Part shown: positions 56,487-64,000 of the stretch, one piece after another | Numbering within the stretch: the first letter of the stretch is position 1 | Layout: each line of letters opens with the position of its first letter | NCBI GenBank assembly: GCA_030427445.1 | Contig: JAUIBQ010000002.1 | Span: 101 to 64,100, forward strand | DNA: 64,000 nt | Direction of reading: 5' to 3' | Origin: a bacterium | GTDB taxonomy: Bacteria; Patescibacteriota; Saccharimonadia; Saccharimonadales; SZUA-47 | Made by a program: the position numbers and the translations under genes | Notes under the pieces: model-generated | Database searches by the model: none | Told to the model about the DNA's origin: nothing | Seen by the model: the letters and a program-made list of their open reading frames with translations, nothing else

Positions 56487-58403
56487 GTGGGATTATTCGG
56501 AGGAAAACCAAAACTCGATCCAGTTGCTCAAGCACAGCTTCAGCAAGCCCAGGAGCAAATGGAGGTACAGGCAGCATTTCAAAAAGGCGTGACTGCACTT
56601 CGGGACTTCATCGCACCGGCAAGCCTAGAGTTTGAAAGTTCGATGTTTAAGATCGGCACGCGGCTCGCGCGCACCTATTTCGTGTACGGCTACCCTCGGC
56701 AAATTTATACAGGCTGGCTTTCTAGTATGATCAATCTCGATGAGGTGATCGATATTTCAATGTTTATCTACCCGGTTGAGAGTCAAGCAGTTCTCGAAAA
56801 CCTCCGTAAAAAAGTCGGTCAGCTCGAAGCAGGTATCCAAATCGACGCTGAAAAAGGTCGCGTGCGTGACCCACAAAAGCAAGCAGCTATCCAAGATGCT
56901 GAAGAGTTACGAGACAAGCTCCAGGTGGGCGAAGAGCGGTTTTTCCGCTTTGGTCTGTATTTCACTGTATACGCAAACAGTCCTGAGGAGATGGAGTTCG
57001 TTACGCACAAGGTTGAGAGTATGCTCGGTCAACAGCTTGTGTACTCAAAACCTGCAAGCGCACAACAAGAACAAGGTCTAAACTCGACAATCCCACAATT
57101 CACCGACCAGCTACAAATCCGCCGTAACATGAACACAGGAGCTATCAGCACGAGCTTCCCATTCACGAGCTCTGATCTATCTCAAGAAAACGGCATTCTC
57201 TACGGTATCAACATGCACAACTCAGGCCTTGTGATCTTTGACCGTTTCAGCCTTGAGAACGGCAACTCTGTTGTCTTCGCGAAGTCAGGCGCTGGTAAAA
57301 GCTTTACCGTGAAGCTCGAAGCGCTTCGAAGCATGATGTTTGGCACTGAAGTGTTTATTATCGACCCAGAAAACGAATACCAGAGAATGGCGGAAGCTGT
57401 AGGCGGCGCGTATGTACGACTAAGCCTAAACTCCACAACACGAATCAATCCGTTTGACTTGCCGCAAGTCGTAGACGGGGAAGAGGCAGACAACGCGCTG
57501 CGAAGCAACCTCATCACCCTCCACGGACTTCTTCGTCTCATGATGGGTGGTGCACAAGCGCAAATGGCAGGCCAACAAGGCGCAATGATGGCGCCAGCAC
57601 TCAGTCCAGTCGAAGAATCAGATCTTGACCAAGCTCTCATCGAAACCTACGCAAAAGTCGGGATTACAAATGACCCATTAACTCATAAATCTCAGCCGCC
57701 AACTATCGCTGATCTCTACGATACACTCCTCCACATGGGAGGCACCGGACCGCAGCTAGCGCAACGACTGCGAAAGTACACCACAGGTACATTTGCCGGT
57801 ATCTTTTCACAGCAAAGCAACGTAAATATCAACAACCCGTTGGTGGTATTTAATATTCGTGACCTTGAGGATGAGCTTCGACCAGTCGCAATGTACATTG
57901 TCCTAAACTACATCTGGAACAAAACAAAATCTGACCAAAAGAAACGTTTGCTTGTTGTTGATGAAGCGTGGCAACTAATGAAATACGAAGATTCGGCAAA
58001 CTTTATGTTCTCTCTTGCGAAGCGTGCTCGTAAATACAACCTTGGCATCACAACCATTACGCAAGACGTCGAAGACTTTATGGGCTCTCGTATGGGGCGT
58101 GCTATCGTCGCCAACTCTAGCATGCAGCTTCTACTAAAGCAGTCGGCATCGGCGGTTGATGTACTTAGTGACGTCTTTAAGCTGACGAGTGAGGAGAAGA
58201 AGCGTCTTAGTCAGTTCCCAGTGGGTCAAGGCCTGTTCTTTGCTGGTCAAAACCATGTGCACATCCAAATAGTTCCTAGCCAGACAGAGGCTTCTCTTAT
58301 CACGACCAATCCAGAACAGGTGAAGCAGCTCGAGCAGCAGCAACAAAATCAGCAAGTCGACCTTAATCAAACAGGATATAATGATACTGTGAATCTACGA
58401 TAG
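56487..58403 (+). CDS. virB4: VirB4 family T4SS ATPase
   Basis: AKSGAGKS Walker A, IIDPENEY, INPFD, VVDEAW Walker B, KRARKY, ITQ. Confidence 0.9.
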   Translation: MGLFGGKPKLDPVAQAQLQQAQEQMEVQAAFQKGVTALRDFIAPASLEFESSMFKIGTRLARTYFVYGYPRQIYTGWLSSMINLDEVIDISMFIYPVESQAVLENLRKKVGQLEAGIQIDAEKGRVRDPQKQAAIQDAEELRDKLQVGEERFFRFGLYFTVYANSPEEMEFVTHKVESMLGQQLVYSKPASAQQEQGLNSTIPQFTDQLQIRRNMNTGAISTSFPFTSSDLSQENGILYGINMHNSGLVIFDRFSLENGNSVVFAKSGAGKSFTVKLEALRSMMFGTEVFIIDPENEYQRMAEAVGGAYVRLSLNSTTRINPFDLPQVVDGEEADNALRSNLITLHGLLRLMMGGAQAQMAGQQGAMMAPALSPVEESDLDQALIETYAKVGITNDPLTHKSQPPTIADLYDTLLHMGGTGPQLAQRLRKYTTGTFAGIFSQQSNVNINNPLVVFNIRDLEDELRPVAMYIVLNYIWNKTKSDQKKRLLVVDEAWQLMKYEDSANFMFSLAKRARKYNLGITTITQDVEDFMGSRMGRAIVANSSMQLLLKQSASAVDVLSDVFKLTSEEKKRLSQFPVGQGLFFAGQNHVHIQIVPSQTEASLITTNPEQVKQLEQQQQNQQVDLNQTGYNDTVNLR

Positions 58404-58430
58404 GTATGAGAGGGCGCGCGTAAAAACAAA

Positions 58431-61400
58431 ATGTATCCAGGACCAGGTTCAGTTATAACACCAGGAGGGTCTAGTACAGGTCCTGATAATGACCCGAGAA
58501 ATCCAGTCGCTAAACCTTGGAGTGATGAAGAAATCGCTAAAGGCGTTCAACAACTAGAAGATCATGCAAATGATCCAAAAAACGCTACTAAAAATTCCCA
58601 GTCTGCGGCTAAGGGTGAATCAAACACCTCTCCGCATAAGGGGAATGAAAGTTCAGCTCTTGATGAAGAAAAAGGTAAGTTTAGGACTTCTTTAAGCGAC
58701 AAGCTTCGTCAGGATAATTCTTTAGTTGGCCTCGCAAAGCGACACAGAGCACGACTTGCTTTGGCCAGTGCAACTTTTGGAGTTGCTGGACTAATGGTTG
58801 GTGGTTTTATTGCTGCTCCAAGTTTTATACTGTCTCACATAAGCACCCTTATTACTGACAAGACAAGCGAGCTTCAAGTTAATAGTCAAGCAAAGTATCG
58901 CCGTTCGAAATTCGCTAGTTTCACTGACAGATTTACAATAGACGGCAGAAGATCTGGTGCGCTCATTGCAGAAATGAAGAAATTCGGCTATAAGATCGAC
59001 GTTAAAAATGGTACATTCCAAGCACCAGGTGGCTCATCAAAACCACTAGCGGAAGCTGGCGAAGAATTCTCAGAATTTATGGACCAACGCTACAAAATTT
59101 TTGGTGTACCGACACGTTCGCAGACATGGAAAACAAAACGTACTGATGCGCTTTTTAATAGGCATAATGTCGTGCGGTCATCTTCCGTGACATCTAAACC
59201 AGGCGATCTAGAAGACCCAGAGATACAGATGAACAAAACTCAGAATAATTCAATTAATGAGGGTAGCGAGATTGATACAAGCATAGATGAGTCTCCGGCA
59301 AAGAGAGATACTGACTCCGGGAATGAAAATATAGATAGCGATAATGAGAGCTATAATCAAGCTAATGATGAAGCGGCTGAAGCATTGGTACCAGAGGATA
59401 ATGTGTTTAGGCAAGCTGCTGATGATCTTGCCGATGGAGTAAGTATTAATGAACTTGGCGGGGTTGGACCTATCGGTGATGAGCTTGATCTTGGCTATGG
59501 CCCAAATCTCGTAAAAGCAGAGGTGAGAAGGAGTCTTCTTAGTCCCGGTGGGGCAGCTGCCGGAGCTGTTACCATTGCTAAGTCTGCACTTTTACCTGCA
59601 GATATAGCCGACAAAGCATGTACCGCAAATTCACGTCTCGATATGGCGGTAAAAGTGGCGAGAGCTGCTACAAGCGTCAAAATGATGCGCGCAGCTTTGG
59701 TGTTTGTAAGTGCAGATGATGGACAAAGAAGACAGGAAGCATCATTTGATTTAATGATGCAGATAGTTAAGCGAGTGATGTTGAGTGATAAAGCTATGGG
59801 AAATTTTGCTAATTCGGCAGGCTTTCAGTTTGCAAGTAATGGCTCTTTTAGTAGGTCAGCGCTGGAGAATCAGCCTTCTAAATTTAATACTTCTGGAAAG
59901 CTTTCTGCATTTTGGGGTGCCGTACGTAGTGCGACCGGAAAGATACCAGGATGTAGCGTATTGGGAAATACGGCATTTCAAATAGGTCTTGGGATTGGTG
60001 CGGTAGCATTGTCGATAGCGGTTCCAGGATCTGGCGCCGCTGCAGGCACAGGGGTTAAAACAGCACTACAAACTGCTGTACAGGGATTTTTTACAAAAAA
60101 AGCTCTGACTGGTATACTTGCGGGGCTGATAATTGATTACAGTTTTGAAGAAATACTGAACTTAACTACGTTATATGTGCAGAAACAACTCACTATGGCA
60201 ATCACAGGACAAGAGACTGGGGGCATGTATTCGAGTCTTTTATTCTCAGGAGCGGGAGTTCTTACTAAACAGAGATTCTTAAATGCTGGACAGGTACCCG
60301 CGACAGCCACACAATACGCACAAGCACGAGACATATTCCTAGCTGAGAAACGTGAAGAATCTAAAAATAAATCACTTGCTCAAAGATTATTTGATTTCTC
60401 TGATTATGACTCTCTCGCATACCAAACCACAGCCACACTTGCTTTGAATAGCGGCACACCTTCTGCTGCGATATCAAATTTCGGCACCAGTGTAGCGAGC
60501 CTGCCTTCATTAATGACAAATACCGTTACATCACTAACAACCGGCCGCGCATATGCTCAAGATTCTGATGAGCAATTAGCGTTCGACACAATTAGCATAA
60601 ACGGCACAGAATACGCGACAGATCCATCGGGTAATCTTCTCACGATCATGCGTGACGATATAAGCAGTATAGATGTTGATGAGAACCTTCAAGAATTAGA
60701 AGACGAAGGACATATAAGCAGTGAAGCTACAGGCTACGAACCAAAAAGTAGCGAGTTTACTACTTTTATGGAGTTATGTATAGACTCTGTCGATCAAATA
60801 AGCGCCATGGAAGAGGGAGAAGATTGTGCTGGCACAAAAACATTAACTAAGAAATTCTATGCGCATCTAGCATATTTAGACTCGATTGACTTCATAGATA
60901 GCTCACTGTTCTCGAACGAAATCAGTAGCTATGGCAGTGGCAGTAGTACACAACCAACTAACGCACCGAATGCATACTCAGTATCTGCGATTGAACCGGC
61001 GGAGGGATTGATACAAGGCACAAGTATCGAAGCACAGGACACAAGCAATATGGAATGCCCTATAAGTGACACCGTGCAAGACTTAGGCATAGAAACTGAG
61101 GCCTATGTAAAAGGAGTGAGGTACAGTGTTAGACTGTGCGCAGTACATGGTATTCGCATAAATGTCCTTATTGCTAAACAACTTGATGACATGTTAAATG
61201 AAATGGCTGACGAAGGCTATACCGTACGTGGAAGCGGTGGCTTTAGGGATCACGCAAGCCAAGTAGCAGGGTATGCTGGTGGCGCAGGGGCAGGGACGTT
61301 TGCAAAACCAGGATATTCAAATCACCAATTCGGACTGGCTATCGACTTCAGTTGTCAAGGACAAGGACAAAGTTACACAGCTGGTACGGGTAGATATCGA

Positions 61401-61568
61401 GATAGCTTCTTGCAAAACCTTAGTCAGTACCCTTGCCTGGAGTGGTTATCCAGAAATTCACCTCGCTATGGACTTCTTAACTCGTGTGTAGCCCAGGGGT
61501 CTCAAGGTGAAATTAGAGCAACTTCGGGTGGCTGTGAATGGTGGCATTTTTCACCTGATGGGAAATAA
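58431..61568 (+). CDS. large membrane protein with C-terminal M15 (D,D-carboxypeptidase-like) domain
   Basis: GGFRD...Q, AKPGYSNHQFGLAIDF, EWWHF; hydrophobic Gly/Ala segments. Confidence 0.78.
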   Translation: MYPGPGSVITPGGSSTGPDNDPRNPVAKPWSDEEIAKGVQQLEDHANDPKNATKNSQSAAKGESNTSPHKGNESSALDEEKGKFRTSLSDKLRQDNSLVGLAKRHRARLALASATFGVAGLMVGGFIAAPSFILSHISTLITDKTSELQVNSQAKYRRSKFASFTDRFTIDGRRSGALIAEMKKFGYKIDVKNGTFQAPGGSSKPLAEAGEEFSEFMDQRYKIFGVPTRSQTWKTKRTDALFNRHNVVRSSSVTSKPGDLEDPEIQMNKTQNNSINEGSEIDTSIDESPAKRDTDSGNENIDSDNESYNQANDEAAEALVPEDNVFRQAADDLADGVSINELGGVGPIGDELDLGYGPNLVKAEVRRSLLSPGGAAAGAVTIAKSALLPADIADKACTANSRLDMAVKVARAATSVKMMRAALVFVSADDGQRRQEASFDLMMQIVKRVMLSDKAMGNFANSAGFQFASNGSFSRSALENQPSKFNTSGKLSAFWGAVRSATGKIPGCSVLGNTAFQIGLGIGAVALSIAVPGSGAAAGTGVKTALQTAVQGFFTKKALTGILAGLIIDYSFEEILNLTTLYVQKQLTMAITGQETGGMYSSLLFSGAGVLTKQRFLNAGQVPATATQYAQARDIFLAEKREESKNKSLAQRLFDFSDYDSLAYQTTATLALNSGTPSAAISNFGTSVASLPSLMTNTVTSLTTGRAYAQDSDEQLAFDTISINGTEYATDPSGNLLTIMRDDISSIDVDENLQELEDEGHISSEATGYEPKSSEFTTFMELCIDSVDQISAMEEGEDCAGTKTLTKKFYAHLAYLDSIDFIDSSLFSNEISSYGSGSSTQPTNAPNAYSVSAIEPAEGLIQGTSIEAQDTSNMECPISDTVQDLGIETEAYVKGVRYSVRLCAVHGIRINVLIAKQLDDMLNEMADEGYTVRGSGGFRDHASQVAGYAGGAGAGTFAKPGYSNHQFGLAIDFSCQGQGQSYTAGTGRYRDSFLQNLSQYPCLEWLSRNSPRYGLLNSCVAQGSQGEIRATSGGCEWWHFSPDGK

Positions 61569-61576
61569 AGAACTTT

Positions 61577-63109
61577 ATGACTAAAAAATCATTCCTACTC
61601 ACCTCGATTACGGCAATCATCATGACATTAACTGCGATACTTTTACAGTTTTCCATTGTGACTGCACAAGAAGAGGAGGAATGCACTGAGGCACAATTAC
61701 GAGCACAGGGAGTTATTGTGGTTTCTTGCAACCCTTTACCGGCAGAGAACTGCACAACTGTGGGTACTGTAAGCAGCAGAAACCCAGCCACTTCTGAGTA
61801 TTTATCTATTACTTATCCTGAAGCACTTGATAGCATCCCTGATTTGGCACAAAAAATTGATACTTTCATAGCTAGTAAGAATTCAACAACCCCATGGAAT
61901 GGACTAGGTTCCTTTATCATAGAAGAAAGTAAAAAGTACGACGTCAACCCTGTTTTTATAGTTGCCACGGGCAGGTCTGAAACTGGCTTCAGAGGGTCGA
62001 GTTCAAGCAGGTACAACTATTTTGGTATTAAAAACTCCAGCTCTACATATCGTCAATTCACAAGTGCAGAGGAAGGAATTGCATACTTTATTTCTACCAT
62101 ACCGGAATATTTAAGCGGAGAGAGATCAGGAGGAAGGTATCAAGGTATAAATACGGTATATGAGTACTCCTCAATACATCAAACTGGTAGCGTTGTTTAC
62201 CCAGGAGAGCCATTCGATCCTAACGATATCGATGAAAAGAAGGGGAACACTCAAGACTTATGGGACCCTGCAATGGCCGTGTATGTGAGCTGGGACGAAA
62301 ACGCTAACAACAGGCCTGAAGTAAACCCAAAATACAAAGGTAACGTATATAACCCGCTCAATTATTACAAACTAAATATTGAGACTTTTAATGGCATCCT
62401 TGGTTTAAACTTGCCTGATACACCTGGTGGAGTCACGGCTCAGTGTGGGTCTTTGACTGCTGGTGCATCTGGCTGGGACCTGCCAGGAGAAGGAGCGAAT
62501 CCTATGGTTTACTACTCCCAGAGAAGGTCTGGAGATGATACTGCTTTAAGTGCTGACGCATTACGTGAGGTTATTGGTAGGTCCTTTAATTATCCCTCGG
62601 GATATTTCGGCAACGACAATTATGGTCCAGGACCGATAGCGCATTGCGGATGCGGTCCGACATCGTGGGCAATGATTGTCAGTACGCTTACTGGTGAAGT
62701 TACGACACCTACCGAAGTAGCTGAATGGGCGAACGAGAATGGTTGGCAATCTGACGGTGATCCTTGCGGTGGATCTAATTGGTGGTGGAACTCCCAAGAA
62801 TCTTCCGAAGCGAAATGGAAAGTATCAGCAACCCCTATAACCATCTCGGATGCACCCGATGCATTACGCTCGGGCTCTTTAATACTGGTTTCTGCAGGAT
62901 CAGGACCATTCACAAGCGGAGGGCATCTTTTAGTGATGAGAGCTGTGACAGATGATGGGAAATTCTTATTTGCAGACCCTAATGACTATAGAGATACTAG
63001 ACAGGCAGCATTCAATGTGTTTAACGGCGAAAGTAAGAGTCGCACACCACTAAGTGAAGAGCAGTTTATAGGCAGTATAAAAGGGCTATGGGAGGTTAAG
63101 CCATTATGA
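61577..63109 (+). CDS. exported protein: glucosaminidase/lysozyme-like domain plus C39-like peptidase
   Basis: VNP.F..A....ETG...YNYFGIK...F.S.EEGI; CGPTS.AM, GH.LV, ADP. Confidence 0.72.
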   Translation: MTKKSFLLTSITAIIMTLTAILLQFSIVTAQEEEECTEAQLRAQGVIVVSCNPLPAENCTTVGTVSSRNPATSEYLSITYPEALDSIPDLAQKIDTFIASKNSTTPWNGLGSFIIEESKKYDVNPVFIVATGRSETGFRGSSSSRYNYFGIKNSSSTYRQFTSAEEGIAYFISTIPEYLSGERSGGRYQGINTVYEYSSIHQTGSVVYPGEPFDPNDIDEKKGNTQDLWDPAMAVYVSWDENANNRPEVNPKYKGNVYNPLNYYKLNIETFNGILGLNLPDTPGGVTAQCGSLTAGASGWDLPGEGANPMVYYSQRRSGDDTALSADALREVIGRSFNYPSGYFGNDNYGPGPIAHCGCGPTSWAMIVSTLTGEVTTPTEVAEWANENGWQSDGDPCGGSNWWWNSQESSEAKWKVSATPITISDAPDALRSGSLILVSAGSGPFTSGGHLLVMRAVTDDGKFLFADPNDYRDTRQAAFNVFNGESKSRTPLSEEQFIGSIKGLWEVKPL

Positions 63110-63813
63110 TGAACAGCAATAAGGCCAAGCTAATAGTTGCGGCCCTACTTTTTATTGGTGCAGTTGTTCTTTTTATACTTAGTTTTGTGAGCAACCCTGC
63201 AAACGATACAGCTGAAGAGCCAATCTTCGCAGACACTCCAGCACTGTTTAGTGGCGAGTATTCAGAATTACTAAATAGCCTTCCTACTGCGTCATTTGAA
63301 TTACTTAGAGAGGATGTAAAGTATCTTGGCGTAGAATCGTTTGATGAGTATAGAAAACTTGAGGAAGAAGTTATATTCTTCGTTAACGGAGAATCAATAA
63401 GCACTCAAAATGACACCATGTCGTTTAGCGGATACTTTGAGATTAATGAAGAAGAACCTGTACAAACAACAGTGGAGATTTTATCAAACAACCGTATTAA
63501 CGTCGTCTTCAATCAGCAGCTTATTGAGCTAGACCCAAACCAACTTCCATCAAACTCTCCAAGAAATAACTTTATATCTACATTACCAGAGCAAAGACCA
63601 GGCTATGACATAGAATACGATATTGATGCAGATAGCTTCATAGTTAGGCTGTATGAGTTGGATGCGCAAGAGGCCGCAGTGGATTATATATCAGCTAAAA
63701 TAGAAGACCCGAATTATTCAGAGAAAATTGAAATAATACCTCTTGGGTCAACGAATTTTGAGCGGTTTGAGAGTATTTATCCTACTAATGGCGCTGAGGT
63801 AGTAGGGCCTTAA
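63106..63813 (+). CDS. hypothetical membrane-anchored protein
   Basis: N-terminal TM; last gene of the T4SS-like operon. Confidence 0.65.
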   Translation: MMNSNKAKLIVAALLFIGAVVLFILSFVSNPANDTAEEPIFADTPALFSGEYSELLNSLPTASFELLREDVKYLGVESFDEYRKLEEEVIFFVNGESISTQNDTMSFSGYFEINEEEPVQTTVEILSNNRINVVFNQQLIELDPNQLPSNSPRNNFISTLPEQRPGYDIEYDIDADSFIVRLYELDAQEAAVDYISAKIEDPNYSEKIEIIPLGSTNFERFESIYPTNGAEVVGP

Positions 63814-64000
63814 AGTGGGATGATGTTGTGGTCGCTGAAATGTTCGACGACGACGTCTGCGTCGGTGCTTGTGACGAACGTTTGCGTGTCTGTAAGCGCG
63901 TTAGCGAGTGATTTCCGACGTGAACCATCCAACTCCCCAAACACGTCGTCTAAAAGCAATATGGGCTGCTTGTCGTACCGCTCCCGTACGACATCAAGCT
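63810..64000 (-). CDS. recF: RecF, 3' fragment
   Basis: Manual translation ...KQPILLLDDVFGELDGSRRKSL...QTFVTST..., stop at 63810-63812. Confidence 0.85.
   Translation of the reverse strand, partial: LDVVRERYDKQPILLLDDVFGELDGSRRKSLANALTDTQTFVTSTDADVVVEHFSDHNIIPL

Noticed and set aside
46915-63813. Integrative conjugative element or prophage
   Set aside because: No integrase, relaxase, att repeats or phage genes. The locus abuts recF and hsp20 like a core region.

Overview
Chromosomal segment of a small-genome bacterium. The gene set points to Candidatus Saccharibacteria (TM7, Patescibacteria/CPR): compact housekeeping genes, many SD-less A-rich leaders, tRNA-Arg(GCG), a sortase, and a monoderm-type T4SS locus with a tandem VirB2/TrbC-like pilin array next to recF. 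It holds rpoD, dnaG, orn, mscL, gdh, argS, argG, argH, rlmH, tag, valS, tsaD, murE, groES/groEL, comF, hsp20, five tRNAs (all four Ser isoacceptors plus Arg-GCG) and the 3' end of recF. Two parS-like palindromes and recF suggest the window is near oriC. Most notable observations: (1) four of the five tRNAs are followed by 1-2 short (about 100-210 bp) hairpin-rich units, each ending in a copy of a tRNA 3' end broken at the T-loop, and one unit is near-identical at two different tRNA-Ser loci, consistent with miniature tRNA-targeted integrative elements; (2) an unannotated Arg-rich leader peptide with terminator/antiterminator upstream of argH-argG-argS, which looks like ribosome-mediated arginine attenuation; (3) a three-copy two-hairpin element with compensatory base changes at gene 3' ends, one copy bounded by a 49-bp duplication of the mmcQ 3' end; (4) CIRCE boxes at groES and, unexpectedly, at a SnoaL-like gene. 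All calls come from reading the sequence and ORF track by eye. No searches or folding programs were run.
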